Below, piece after piece: positions 1 to 11,136 of a stretch of 64,000 nucleotides of DNA. A model generated the notes under the pieces. That model made no database searches, was not told where the DNA came from, and was given only the letters and a program-made list of their open reading frames with translations. Numbering within the stretch: the first letter of the stretch is position 1; every line of letters starts with the position of its first letter. The stretch comes from a bacterium. Lineage in GTDB: Bacteria; Acidobacteriota; Blastocatellia; HR10. A program made the translations under genes and the position numbers. The DNA lies in the NCBI GenBank assembly GCA_041640655.1, contig JBEPZV010000002.1, positions 64,001 through 128,000 on the forward strand, written 5' to 3'.

Positions 1-134
1 TACTCCGACCCATCCGAGATGGGCGAGGGAGCCGCATGCTCCCCGGGATCGGGTGCCGGCTCCGTCACGTTCGGCACTCCCGCATTCCTCGATTTCGCCC
101 GCTTCGCCGCAAGCTGAAGTTTCGCTTTCGCCAT
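1..134 (-). CDS. 5' end of a gene running off the left edge, probably DNA gyrase subunit B
   Basis: ATG at 134 with GGGAG RBS; open frame MAKAKLQLAAKRAKSRNAGVP...SDGSE(Y) to the edge. Directly downstream of recF, the usual gyrB position. No diagnostic gyrB motif is visible yet. Confidence 0.5.
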   Translation of the reverse strand, partial: MAKAKLQLAAKRAKSRNAGVPNVTEPAPDPGEHAAPSPISDGSE

Positions 135-179
135 AGTGCTTGACTCCCATCGCGAGATGTCGCGCGTGCGCGCACAGGG

Positions 180-1313
180 TCACACTGTGCTCACGTCAGC
201 CTCCTCGGCCTGGGGCGGAACAGAGGAGGAGAAGATGCGCCCGGCTTCAACGCGAAAGCGAGCGGCGCCGCTCGCCTCGACGATCTCCGGCTTTGAGGTC
301 GTGAGGAAACATTGCGCGCGACCCTGCAGGTACCCCAGCACCCGCGCCATACGCCCCCGATCCAGCTCCGCATCCACGTCATCCAAGAGAAACACGGCCT
401 GATCTTCAAAGACAGAATTATAGACGGAGACCTGCGCTAAATCAAGCACAATCAGCGCACTACGCTGCTGACCGAGGCTCCCATACTGCCGCAGGTTCTG
501 CCCATCGAAGGTGATCTCCAGCTCATCCCGATGCGGCCCCACCAGGGCATAGCCGACGGCCAGCTCAGCTTGAAGCCGCACACGCAGTCGCTCGGCCAGG
601 AGCGCCTCGTATTCGCTCAGATCCCCGTGAGCCGCCAGCGAGGAGACATACCGGATGGCAACCCGCTCCGACCCGAACAGTTCCACGGGCAGATGTTGCT
701 GCAACTGTTCGACGTATCGCGTGCGCGCTCGATGGATGAGGGCTCCGTATCGGACGAGCTGTTCGTTCCAGACCTCGATCTCCTCGACAAAGCGCTGCGG
801 CTCCTCGCTCTCGGCGGCGCGCTTCAGCAGGCGATTCTTCTGCATGAGGATGCGCCGGTACTGCTCCAGCGTGTGGGCGTATTTGGGGTCCAGACTCAGA
901 ATCCCCGCATCCAGGAACTGGCGCCGATGTTCCGGCTCTCCGCGAATGATCTCCATCCGCTCGAGCGAACAGACGAACACGGCCAGATGACCGAGATACT
1001 CCGAGAGCGTCCGCCGCTTCCCATTCACGAAGAGCGCGCGCCCTCGCGGACTGAGGTGCACGGCCAGCTCCGTGCGCATCCCGCTCCGGCAGATGATCCC
1101 GCGCACCAGAGCCTGCGACTGCCCCCGCTGGATCACGTCCAGAAGGCGCGGCGTGCGAAACGAATGCGCGCAACCGAGTACGTAGATGGCTTCGAGCAAA
1201 CTGGTCTTCCCTTGCGCGTTCTCGCCGTAGAAGAGGTTCAGCTCAGGCCCCGGTTCGAGCTGCTCCCGCACGATGTTTCGGAAACTCGTGACCTCCAGGC
1301 GAAGGATTCGCAT
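180..1313 (-). CDS. recF: DNA replication/repair protein RecF
   Basis: FRN at N-terminus, Walker A GENAQGKTS, GPHRDEL, GSLGQQRS and LLDDVDAELD motifs. Confidence 0.96.
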   Translation of the reverse strand: MRILRLEVTSFRNIVREQLEPGPELNLFYGENAQGKTSLLEAIYVLGCAHSFRTPRLLDVIQRGQSQALVRGIICRSGMRTELAVHLSPRGRALFVNGKRRTLSEYLGHLAVFVCSLERMEIIRGEPEHRRQFLDAGILSLDPKYAHTLEQYRRILMQKNRLLKRAAESEEPQRFVEEIEVWNEQLVRYGALIHRARTRYVEQLQQHLPVELFGSERVAIRYVSSLAAHGDLSEYEALLAERLRVRLQAELAVGYALVGPHRDELEITFDGQNLRQYGSLGQQRSALIVLDLAQVSVYNSVFEDQAVFLLDDVDAELDRGRMARVLGYLQGRAQCFLTTSKPEIVEASGAARFRVEAGRIFSSSVPPQAEEADVSTV

Positions 1314-1483
1314 GGTCTACGTCCGGCGATCCCTCGGCGCACCCACGCCTCTCAAGCCCGAAGCCGCTCGCACCAGGAGCGCTCGAAGGCATTCGAAGGG
1401 ACGCCTTCGGTATCGGCCTTCTGGCCGTGCCCTCGTCAAAGGCCACGCGATCGCGTTCCAGGCGCCCACTCCCGGCGATCCGC

Positions 1484-4400
1484 TCAATTGACGATCGAAA
1501 TGCGCTCGCTCAAGGCTGAGCTGGTCCGCCCGGCACGATCAATCGCCGTGACGCGGAATCGTCCGGCGCGCGTGAAGACCGTTCCCGGAACGACCCATGT
1601 GAACTGTCGGGCATCGCCCGGAATATTGTCTCCCACGATGTTCCCCTGCGCATCCCGCAAGGGTTCGAAGGTGAGGCCGTCATCGCGTGAGAACTCGATC
1701 CGATGGCGTACGATCCCGACGTCATCGGAGGCCTCCCACGCGATCGTCAACGGACGCCGCGCGACGAAGAAGCGGCCGGGGCCATTCACGTCGAAGACGA
1801 CCACCGAGCCGATGGTCGGCGGCGCACCGTCTATCGCGAAGTCCGCATCGCTCCGATCCTCCCCGATGTTCCCGGCCAGGTCGCGACACCGCACGAGGAC
1901 GCGCCCGCGCGTCGTGGAGAGCCCCTCGGGGATATTCCAGGAGAATGACCGCACGTCCGCCGGGATGCGCATCGCCAGGGGCGCGAAGGATGCCCCACCG
2001 TCTGTGGAGACGAAGAGATCGCAACTGGACAGGCCGACGTTATCGCTCGCCTCCCACGCGATCTCGAATGGCGCTCCTGCCCGAGCGACCTCGCCCCCAT
2101 TGGGACGCAGGACGCGCACGACCGGCTCCTCCCGATCGCTGCGCCCGATCTGGAAGTCCCCATCGCTGGTATCAGTCGCCGCGTTGTCGAAGAAGTCACG
2201 CACCGTGACGCAGATGCGCGCGGTGGAGGAGAGCACGCCTTCCGGAACCTCCCACGCGAACGAGCGCTTCTCGCCGCTCACGCGCCCAAGCAGGATCGAG
2301 CACGTCCGCCCACTGTCGAGCGAGAGCGCGACCTCGTGAAGCAAGATCCCCACATCATCCGAAGACTCCCACGCGATCGGCAACACCGTTCCGGCCAGGA
2401 CGAACTCGCCGCCGTTGGGGCTGATCACGCGCACGCTGGGCGGCGTCGTGTCTGCCGGAGGAGCCACCCGAGAGAACTCCGACGTATTCCCCGCCTCATC
2501 GGTCGCCACCAGCGTCACCGGATCTTGAACCGAGAGCCCAGGGAGGAAGACTTCGAACGTCCCGTCCGGGTTCGGCATGACCCCTTGAGCCACGCATCTT
2601 CGCCCCTCTCCAAAACCCGTAGGATCGGGGTCGGCCACATAAACGTCCACCCGCGCTGCCGCCGGATTGACCGTATCTATACGCCCGCGCAGGAGGACGC
2701 CGCCGGACACCTCGCGCACCTCGCGCGCGACGGGGAAATTCATGAGCGCGTTCGGCCCATCATCGGCGTCCCCCACATCGTTGGGCGTCACCCCATCACC
2801 GCCGAGGTCAATACCTAACCCCTCGTTGCCGAAAAAGGCGTTGCAGCCGATGCGATTCCCCCGGCTCGACACCTCTTCACCATCTAGGATCACGATGCCC
2901 GCCCGAGCGTTATAGGCGATCGTATTCGCTGCCGCGAGCGTCGTCCCCCCGATGGTCGTATTCCGCGCGCCGAGGATGGCGATCCCGTTCCCTTCGTTCG
3001 GCAGACGGCGCGTTCCCTCGCGATCCGCCGTCCCGATGATATTCCCCACAATCTGATTGTTGCTCGCCCCGCGCGCGAGCGTGATCCCATCGCCCGCATT
3101 TCCGGCGATGACGTTGCCACCTGAGGCCTCGAGCCCTCCGATGAGGTTATCCCGTGCGCCCGCCGTCACCAGAATTCCACCGGCGCCGTTGGGCACAGCT
3201 TGCGTCCCCATCGCATCCAGACCGATGATATTCCCCGCGATCTGATTCGAGAAGGCATCCGCCAGACGAACGCCATGTTGCGCATTGCCAGAGATCACGT
3301 TGCGCGCTGCCTCGGTGGCCCCTCCGACGAGATTCCCATGTGCTCCCCCGACGAGCGTCACCCCATCTCCCCCGTTCGGCAAGGCCCGCCTCCCGGTCCG
3401 ATCGGTGCCGATCCAATTCCCCTGGACGTGATTCCCGAAGACACCGACGATCTGAACCCCGCTTCCGGAATTCCCCGAGATCACATTCCCCGCTCCCGGC
3501 TCGCGTCCACCGATCACGTTATCTCGCGCCCCGCTGATGAAAACCCCCGCCCCACCGTTCGGCAACGCTCCCAACCCATCGGCCGTCGTCCCGATATAGT
3601 TCCCCAGAATGAGGTTCCCGAATGTGGGGAAGTCCAGCTCGATCCCGTTGCTGCGGTTCCCCGAGATGACGTTCCGATCGGCCGGCGTCGTCCCCCCGAT
3701 GAGATTGGCCTGCGTGCGGTTGCGCGTGATCAGCACACCGTAGAGACCATTGCCCACGCTGCGTTGTCCCGTGGGATCCGTGCCGATGTAGCACCCACGC
3801 ACGATGTTCCCCGTCGCCGTGCCCGACTCCGGCGGATCCACGATGATCTTCACGCCGTTCCCTTCAAACCCATTGATGACCAATCCGGCAATGACATTGA
3901 GCGAGGATGTGATCACGAGCCCATCGGCCAATCCCGCCCGCCGTCCGCTGAGCACGATGATCGGCCGACCGCTCCATCCCGGTTGCGTCGTCCCATCAAT
4001 CATCGTCCCTCCATCCACCAAGCGAGGCAGCGGGCCTAACGTGCCATCCACCTCGATCGTGAAGACACCATCCCGGCGCTCGGATTCCGGAATATTGAAG
4101 GCGATCACATCGGGGCCTCTCCGCTGTCCCGCGACATCCCGATTGGGCGGCACGCCGTTAGCGGCGAGAATCGCCTCGCGCAACGAGACGCGACCATCTT
4201 CCAGGATCGTATCGGCGGTCGTCGTCACCACAATACGCGGGGCATCCGTGACCGCCAGGAGCCATCCCCCTGGACGCCGCTCGCCAATGAGCAGATCGTC
4301 GAGCGCATCCCGATTCATCCGCGCCGACACGAGCGCCGCCACCGGATCGCGCACGTCCAGATCGAACGCCTCTCCAAATCCCCCCCCGCTCTCACCCATC

Positions 4401-5497
4401 AGCACGACGATGCGCCCACGATCGGCGAGCGCCACAGCCACGTCCCGATACCCGTCGGCATCGAAGTGGCCGGCGGCGAGCGCCGATGCCGGCCCTCCGA
4501 CGAACCATCGCCCGTGCGGAACGAATCCTCGCCTCGTCCCCTGAAAGAGCTGCACCCCTCCGACGCTCTCGCTGACGACCACGTCGGCACGCCCATCTCC
4601 ATCGAAATCCTCCAGGATGAGATCGGTCGGCATCGCCTCCAGCGGCAGGACCGTCGGTGGCGAGAATCCACCCACAGCTCCGCGCGCCCAGACGAGCCCC
4701 ACGCTTGAAGCGAGGACGACATCGGCATGTCCATCTCGATCGAGATCGGCCACGCGCAGCGTCACGGGTTCCGCACGCGCTCCCTCTCCGTCCATTTGGA
4801 GAACACCCGCGCGCTCGAAGCGTCCGTCATCACGCCCGGCAAGAAGGACCACGCGCATCGGCGAAGCGAGCGCGAGGATCAGATCATTCCGCCCATCGCC
4901 AGTGACGTCTCCGATGGCGATCGCCCGCGCCGATTCCTCCAGCGCGATCTCCCTCCGATCGGCGATCCCGCCGCGTCCATCTCCCACCAGAAGGACGAGG
5001 CGCGAGGGATCGGCAAGTGCGAGCACGACATCTGAATGCCCGTCTCCTGTGACGTCCTCAACGGCGAGCCCAATAAGCTCACCCGATCCGAGATCGAACG
5101 CCCGTCCCGGACAAAACCGCCCCTCCGTCAGCTGCAATCGCACCGTCAGAATGACCCCTTCCTCTCCTCGCCCGAGGAGGAAGAGATCGGCCACACCATC
5201 CCCGTTGAAATCCCCGAGCGCCGCTCCCTGTGGCCAGGCGCGACGTTCCTCGCCGACGCTCACACTAAGGAGCGAAACGTCTCCCGAACACCCATCCCCT
5301 TGTGCGAGGAGTTCCCCTTCCTCCACGAGGCGAAAATTCACCCGAGGCCGAGCGCGGGGATCAAGTCGAAGGAAGGACGCACGCCACACTTCCGAAGACA
5401 ATGCGCGGTGTGATCCCACCGTGCCCTCCCGCGAGATGAACGAAAGCACCACGCTGACAACGATCACCCCCATGCCGACGAGTCCCAAGCGCCGCAT
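1484..5497 (-). CDS. Large secreted protein: FG-GAP/VCBS repeats, CSLREA-like motif, parallel beta-helix repeats and three C-terminal Ig-like domains
   Basis: Signal peptide; repeated DxxGDGxxD; VSLREAI; repeated GNxIGTD/RNVISGN; repeated VxxPNGGE...WEASDxVG. Confidence 0.85.
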   Translation of the reverse strand: MRRLGLVGMGVIVVSVVLSFISREGTVGSHRALSSEVWRASFLRLDPRARPRVNFRLVEEGELLAQGDGCSGDVSLLSVSVGEERRAWPQGAALGDFNGDGVADLFLLGRGEEGVILTVRLQLTEGRFCPGRAFDLGSGELIGLAVEDVTGDGHSDVVLALADPSRLVLLVGDGRGGIADRREIALEESARAIAIGDVTGDGRNDLILALASPMRVVLLAGRDDGRFERAGVLQMDGEGARAEPVTLRVADLDRDGHADVVLASSVGLVWARGAVGGFSPPTVLPLEAMPTDLILEDFDGDGRADVVVSESVGGVQLFQGTRRGFVPHGRWFVGGPASALAAGHFDADGYRDVAVALADRGRIVVLMGESGGGFGEAFDLDVRDPVAALVSARMNRDALDDLLIGERRPGGWLLAVTDAPRIVVTTTADTILEDGRVSLREAILAANGVPPNRDVAGQRRGPDVIAFNIPESERRDGVFTIEVDGTLGPLPRLVDGGTMIDGTTQPGWSGRPIIVLSGRRAGLADGLVITSSLNVIAGLVINGFEGNGVKIIVDPPESGTATGNIVRGCYIGTDPTGQRSVGNGLYGVLITRNRTQANLIGGTTPADRNVISGNRSNGIELDFPTFGNLILGNYIGTTADGLGALPNGGAGVFISGARDNVIGGREPGAGNVISGNSGSGVQIVGVFGNHVQGNWIGTDRTGRRALPNGGDGVTLVGGAHGNLVGGATEAARNVISGNAQHGVRLADAFSNQIAGNIIGLDAMGTQAVPNGAGGILVTAGARDNLIGGLEASGGNVIAGNAGDGITLARGASNNQIVGNIIGTADREGTRRLPNEGNGIAILGARNTTIGGTTLAAANTIAYNARAGIVILDGEEVSSRGNRIGCNAFFGNEGLGIDLGGDGVTPNDVGDADDGPNALMNFPVAREVREVSGGVLLRGRIDTVNPAAARVDVYVADPDPTGFGEGRRCVAQGVMPNPDGTFEVFLPGLSVQDPVTLVATDEAGNTSEFSRVAPPADTTPPSVRVISPNGGEFVLAGTVLPIAWESSDDVGILLHEVALSLDSGRTCSILLGRVSGEKRSFAWEVPEGVLSSTARICVTVRDFFDNAATDTSDGDFQIGRSDREEPVVRVLRPNGGEVARAGAPFEIAWEASDNVGLSSCDLFVSTDGGASFAPLAMRIPADVRSFSWNIPEGLSTTRGRVLVRCRDLAGNIGEDRSDADFAIDGAPPTIGSVVVFDVNGPGRFFVARRPLTIAWEASDDVGIVRHRIEFSRDDGLTFEPLRDAQGNIVGDNIPGDARQFTWVVPGTVFTRAGRFRVTAIDRAGRTSSALSERISIVN

Positions 5498-5658
5498 AGC
5501 TCCTCCTCTCCACAGCCTCCACGGAATCCTCAGGATCGCGTGGGATGCCGATTCGCTGAGATCGCCTCACCGATGTCTCCCCTCGTGCCGCGTTCCGAAT
5601 CACGCCGCTCACTCCTTCTCACTCGTCGCGCGAAGAGCCCCCTTCGCGCGACGAGGCT

Positions 5659-5687
5659 ATGGTATATCCGAGTCCCACCTCTGTCAA
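5659..5687 (-). promoter_or_regulatory. Putative sigma70 promoter for the secreted-protein gene
   Basis: TTGACA-17 nt-TACCAT on the minus strand. Confidence 0.6.
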
Positions 5688-5923
5688 CGGCGACCGTCCG
5701 CGCGCCGCAGAGGCATCCGAATGGGAGTCCGGAGATGGACGCGGCCCTCACGCTCAGAGGGAGCGATAGCGAATCCTGGGAGAGCGAGGCCCCGCCATCA
5801 ATGAACGCCCCATTCTCACCGCCATGAGGTGGTGAATTCCTGCGCTCTCACCGCGCGGCTTCCCGTCATGCGATCGAGCTGGTAAAATTGCCCTTTTCGA
5901 CAACCGATCAAGGAGGATGAGCT

Positions 5924-6445
<522 letters not shown>

Positions 6446-6515
6446 CGCGCGCGGGCTCGAAGCCCGATGCGGCGAGCCGATCGCCTCTCGGGCTTCGCCC
6501 CCTCCCTTCGGCGAC

Positions 6516-7940
6516 ATGCGCCAGCGGGCTGCGGCTTCGGAAGAAACGCTTCTCTTCCCCACAGAACCCTCGATCTCCGTCGGCCTGCTGACCGACGTCG
6601 AACACGCGCGCTTCACACTGGAGGGGGAATTCCGAACGCCCGAAGGGAAGACCTTCCCGGCGGGCGAATATCGGGCGATCCCACGCCCTCATCCCGCCGC
6701 CCTCGAAATTCGCGATGCTCAGCAGCGCCTTGTGGAGATCACACCGACGCTCATCCTCACCCCGGTGAACCCGGCGACGGCCGCATTCACGCTCTTCGAT
6801 GTCCCCGTGGGAAAAGGGTTCCACTGGGAGCGAAGGGAAGCGCATCGGTATGCGGGGACGCTGGCGATTCGCCTCTCTCCCTCCGCATCGGGCGCTGCGC
6901 CGCGACTCGCGGTCATCAACGAGCTACCTGTCGAGATCTATCTCGCCAGCGTCGTCGCCTCGGAGATGAGCGCCCATGCTCCTTGGGAATTTCTCAAAGC
7001 GCATGCCATCATCTCGCGAAGCTGGCTCCTGGCGAATCTGACGCGCCGCACCAACGATGTGGAGTCGGCGTCCTCGCCCGAGCAGCCGCAGCCGGCGACT
7101 GGCGAGATGGAGATCCTCCGATGGACGGATCGGACGACTCATCGCGAGTTCGATGTGTGCGCCGACGATCATTGCCAACGCTATTACGGTCTGGCGCCCA
7201 TCGCGACCAGCGATGTGGTGAGGGCCGTCATGGAGACGCGTGGACAGGTCTTGTTCTTCAAGGGGCAGATCGGTGACGCGCGCTTCTCGAAATGCTGCGG
7301 CGGAGCGACGGAAGAGTACCGGAGCGTCTGGGAGGATCGCGACGTGCCCTACTTGCGGGGTGGGCGGTTCGATGGAACGGAATGGCCTCCGAACTTCCCC
7401 CGCCCCCTCACGGTCGAAGCGCACGCGGCCGCTTGGATCACGGGTGCTCCCCCTGCATACTGCCACACAACCGACGCGCGCGCGTTAGAGGCTGCGCTCC
7501 CCGAGGTGGACCGACCGACGCGCGATTTCTTCCGATGGGAGCGCACCATCGGCCAGGAGGAGCTTCAAGCGCTCCTTCAGGCGCGGCTTGGTCTGGACCT
7601 CGGCGCCATCCGACGACTGGAGCCGCTGCAGCGAGGCTCCTCGGGGCGCCTCGTGCGGCTTCGCATCGTCGGGGAGCGCGAGCGCGTGATCATCGGCAAG
7701 GAGCTTGTGATTCGACGCGCGCTCTCCGGGACGCATCTCTACAGCTCGGCCTTCATCATCTTCCCCGAGGACATACGCGCCGGCGTGCCCCGACGCTTTC
7801 GCCTCCGTGGCGCGGGATGGGGACACGGCGTCGGCCTGTGCCAGATCGGTGCTGCCGTCATGGCCCAGCAGGGACGCACCTGTCAGCAGATCCTCGCCCA
7901 CTACTATGCCCCCGCCCAGATCGCGCGCGTATATGAATGA
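6516..7940 (+). CDS. SpoIID/LytB domain protein (lytic transglycosylase-like)
   Basis: INELPVEIYLASVVASEM, DVCADDHCQRY, GWGHGVGLCQIGA; start placed at the first ATG after tpx. Confidence 0.88.
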   Translation: MRQRAAASEETLLFPTEPSISVGLLTDVEHARFTLEGEFRTPEGKTFPAGEYRAIPRPHPAALEIRDAQQRLVEITPTLILTPVNPATAAFTLFDVPVGKGFHWERREAHRYAGTLAIRLSPSASGAAPRLAVINELPVEIYLASVVASEMSAHAPWEFLKAHAIISRSWLLANLTRRTNDVESASSPEQPQPATGEMEILRWTDRTTHREFDVCADDHCQRYYGLAPIATSDVVRAVMETRGQVLFFKGQIGDARFSKCCGGATEEYRSVWEDRDVPYLRGGRFDGTEWPPNFPRPLTVEAHAAAWITGAPPAYCHTTDARALEAALPEVDRPTRDFFRWERTIGQEELQALLQARLGLDLGAIRRLEPLQRGSSGRLVRLRIVGERERVIIGKELVIRRALSGTHLYSSAFIIFPEDIRAGVPRRFRLRGAGWGHGVGLCQIGAAVMAQQGRTCQQILAHYYAPAQIARVYE

Positions 7941-7952
7941 TCCGCCGCACGC

Positions 7953-8897
7953 TCAGTCCGAGCCTCCCGTCGCGGACTCGCTCGTGGCCGCTTCCTCGAT
8001 GATGAGCTTCGCTCGATCGCCATCCAGCGTCGCGCGAACGCCAAACGGGAGGACCTGATTCCGGTCATCGCTATGGCCGGAGCGCACGCCGAAGAGAATC
8101 GGGACACCCAAGTCGGCGAGACGATCCCGGATGACGTCCACGAGGGTGTAGTCTTGATGGGGATGCTGCACGCATTCGGTCATCTCGCCGAAGATGAGAC
8201 CTCGCACGGCGCGAAGTTTCCCGGAATCTCGAAGTTGCGTGAGCATGCGATCCACCTGATAGGGCTTCGCGGCGTAGTCCTCCAGGAAGAGGATCGCATC
8301 GGTCGCGTCGAACTCATAGGGCGTGCCCAGCGTGCTCACGAGCAGCGACAAGCACCCTCCGGTCAACCGGCCCGTCGCCACGCCAGGGGAGAGCACGGCG
8401 ACACCGGACGTATCAATCTCCCCGATGGGCTCGGCGCGCATGAGCGTGCGCCGGAGCAACTCCTCGTCGTAGTGCCCCGGTCCATCGGCGAACTCGCGCG
8501 CGACCATCGGGCCGTGAAAGACGACCCACCGGAATCGCTGCTGGAAATAGACGAGCAGGGTCGTGACGTCGCTGTAGCCCATGAAGATCTTCGGATGCGC
8601 CCGCAGCCTCTCCTCCTCCAGATACGGGAGGAGGCGGACCGATCCATATCCCCCTCGCGCGGCGAAGATGGCCTTCACCTCGGGATCGTTGAACATCGCC
8701 ATCAGCTCCTCGGCGCGCCGCTTGTCGGAGCCGGCCAGGTACATCTCGCGAGCGAAGATCGAGGGAGAATACGTCACGCGAAACCCCAGACGTTCCAATT
8801 CCCGGGCGCCGGCAGCGAGCCGCTCCGGTCGGACGTCGCTCGCCGGGGCGACGATGCCGATCACATCTCCCGGGCGTAAGACCGGCGGTTTGATCAT
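7953..8897 (-). CDS. ldcA: LD-carboxypeptidase (peptidase S66)
   Basis: IVAPAS, RGGYGS, GYSDVT (catalytic Ser), LFLED, SGH. Confidence 0.9.
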   Translation of the reverse strand: MIKPPVLRPGDVIGIVAPASDVRPERLAAGARELERLGFRVTYSPSIFAREMYLAGSDKRRAEELMAMFNDPEVKAIFAARGGYGSVRLLPYLEEERLRAHPKIFMGYSDVTTLLVYFQQRFRWVVFHGPMVAREFADGPGHYDEELLRRTLMRAEPIGEIDTSGVAVLSPGVATGRLTGGCLSLLVSTLGTPYEFDATDAILFLEDYAAKPYQVDRMLTQLRDSGKLRAVRGLIFGEMTECVQHPHQDYTLVDVIRDRLADLGVPILFGVRSGHSDDRNQVLPFGVRATLDGDRAKLIIEEAATSESATGGSD

Positions 8898-10243
8898 CCT
8901 CCTTCGGGTGGAGAAAGGCCCACCTCGCGTCCGGACTGTGCGAGCCAGCGCTTGACCTCGCCGACCAGATAGAGCGAGCCGGTCACGCAGATCATTCCCG
9001 ACGACGGCGTTCGCCCCCACGCGCGGTCGAGAGCCGCCCCTACGGGCTCGATCGCCTCAATCGAGCAACGGAGCTGCTGGCGCAGCGCGGCCGTCTGCTC
9101 CAGAAGCTGTTCCAACGACGCCGCGCGCTCGTCCGGCACGCGCGTCAGGATGACGGCATCCGCCAGGGGGAATAACTCCGCGGCCATCTCGGCGATCCGC
9201 TTGTCGCGCATGGTCCCGAAGACGAGCGTGAGCGGTCGGCGCCCGAACTCCTCCAGATACGCGCGCACGACGCGCGCCCCCGCCGTATTATGCGCCCCAT
9301 CGAGCACGAGCAGGGGACTCGAAGGGCCGACGATCTCCAGTCGTCCCGGCCACGTGACCTGCTCGATCCCCTGACGCAAGGCCGAGGCGGGGATCGCATA
9401 GCCCATCTCGCGCAAGACCTCGGCGGCGCGCAGAGCGACAAGCGCGTTCTCGACCTGATGGCGCCCGCGCAGGCCGAGGCGCACGCTCAACGATTCTCCA
9501 GAAGTCGTGCGATAGACGATCGAGAACCGTCCATCAGGCTCGCATCCCGCGATCTCCACCTCCTCCTCAGCCCATCTCGGCCGGACCCCACATTCCCGAC
9601 AACGGGCGAGCAAGACCTCGCGCGCTTCCGGATGCTGCCGTGCCAGGACGGCGCGCGCCCCCGGTTTGATGATCATCGCCTTCTCGCGCGCGATGGAAGC
9701 GATCGTCGAACCCAGATACTGCTCGTGATCAATGTCTATACTGGTGATGAGCGACAGAAACGGAGGGACGACGTTCGTCGCGTCCAGGCGGCCGCCAAGC
9801 CCGACCTCCAGGACGGCGATTTCGACCTTCCGCTCGCGGAAGTATTCGAAGCCGATGGCCGTGAGGAACTCGAAATAGGTCGGGCGCGCTTCGATCTCTC
9901 CTCGACGAAGCAACGCCTCGGCGGCGTCGCGCACACGCGTGGCCAGAGCCGCCAGCTCCTCCGGAGCGATCTCCTGCCCACCAACCTGAATCCGCTCCTC
10001 GACGCGCACCAGATGGGGCGAGGTGTAGAGCCCCGCGCGCACCCCCGCCTGCCGCAGGATGGCCTCCATCATCGCCGCCGTCGAGCCCTTCCCGTTGGTT
10101 CCTGCGATGATGATCGAGGGATACGCCGTGTGCGGATCTCCGAGTTCAGCCAGAAGGCGGCGAATCTTCTCCAATCCGAATCGAGCCCGCAGCAGTTCGT
10201 GCCCGAGCCGATCCAGATAGGCGAGCGTCTCCTGGTAATTCAC
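8894..10243 (-). CDS. folC: Folylpolyglutamate synthase/dihydrofolate synthase
   Basis: AGTNGKGST, YTSPHL, EVGLGGRLDATN, LDGAHN; GTG start overlaps the accD stop. Confidence 0.95.
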   Translation of the reverse strand: MNYQETLAYLDRLGHELLRARFGLEKIRRLLAELGDPHTAYPSIIIAGTNGKGSTAAMMEAILRQAGVRAGLYTSPHLVRVEERIQVGGQEIAPEELAALATRVRDAAEALLRRGEIEARPTYFEFLTAIGFEYFRERKVEIAVLEVGLGGRLDATNVVPPFLSLITSIDIDHEQYLGSTIASIAREKAMIIKPGARAVLARQHPEAREVLLARCRECGVRPRWAEEEVEIAGCEPDGRFSIVYRTTSGESLSVRLGLRGRHQVENALVALRAAEVLREMGYAIPASALRQGIEQVTWPGRLEIVGPSSPLLVLDGAHNTAGARVVRAYLEEFGRRPLTLVFGTMRDKRIAEMAAELFPLADAVILTRVPDERAASLEQLLEQTAALRQQLRCSIEAIEPVGAALDRAWGRTPSSGMICVTGSLYLVGEVKRWLAQSGREVGLSPPEGG

Positions 10244-11136
10244 CGCGGCTCCTCTGGCCGAGTGACCGCCGAGGCGCGCCGCCGCTCGTCCGGCATCATG
10301 AAGGCGAGCGCCCGGATGAGGAAATCCCGCAAGTGGCGCCGATCCACGACGGCATCGAGCATCCCATGCTCGAGCAGGAACTCCGACCGTTGAAACCCTT
10401 CGGGCAACTTCTGCCGAATCGTCTGCTCGATCACACGCGGACCGGCGAACCCGATGAGCGCTCCCGGCTCGGCGATATTCAAATCCCCCAACATGGCGAA
10501 GCTGGCCGTCACCCCCCCCGTCGTCGGATCGGTCATCACCGAGATATAGGGCACGCCGGCCTCGTCCAACCGCGCGAGCGCCGCCGAGATCTTCGCCATC
10601 TGCATGAGACTCAAAACCCCTTCCATCATGCGCGCGCCCCCGGAACAAGAGACGATGATGAGCGCTGCGCGTTTCTCCAACGCCCGCTCGATCGCTCGCG
10701 TGACTTTCTCCCCGACGACCGAGCCCATGCTCCCTCCGATGAAGCCATATTCCATCGCCTGGATGATCGCCGGATATCCCCCGATCGTCCCCTCTCCGGT
10801 GAGGATGGCCTCCAAGACGCCCGTCGCCTTTTGCGCGGCCGCCAGACGATCTTTGTAGCTCCGCGTATCATAAAAGCCCAGCGGGTCGGTCGAAGCCAAA
10901 TGCGCGTCAACCTCGGTGTAGACCCCATCATCGAAGAGCAACGCCAGGCGCTGGCGCGCCGAGATCCGGAAGTGATACCCGCATCGAGGGCAGACCATCA
11001 GGTTCTCCTCCACATCCCGGCGATAGAGAACCTCGCGGCATCCTTCGCACTTGAGGAAGACGCCTTCGGTCTTCACCGCTCCCGTGCGCTCGACCGGCGG
11101 TTCCAACCCCCTCCGTTTTCGTCGGAATAGCGGCAT
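10240..11136 (-). CDS. accD: Acetyl-CoA carboxylase carboxyltransferase beta subunit
   Basis: CxxC...CxxC zinc finger, GGSMGSVVGEK, SGGARMMEG, PTTGGVTASFA. Confidence 0.96.
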   Translation of the reverse strand: MPLFRRKRRGLEPPVERTGAVKTEGVFLKCEGCREVLYRRDVEENLMVCPRCGYHFRISARQRLALLFDDGVYTEVDAHLASTDPLGFYDTRSYKDRLAAAQKATGVLEAILTGEGTIGGYPAIIQAMEYGFIGGSMGSVVGEKVTRAIERALEKRAALIIVSCSGGARMMEGVLSLMQMAKISAALARLDEAGVPYISVMTDPTTGGVTASFAMLGDLNIAEPGALIGFAGPRVIEQTIRQKLPEGFQRSEFLLEHGMLDAVVDRRHLRDFLIRALAFMMPDERRRASAVTRPEEPR

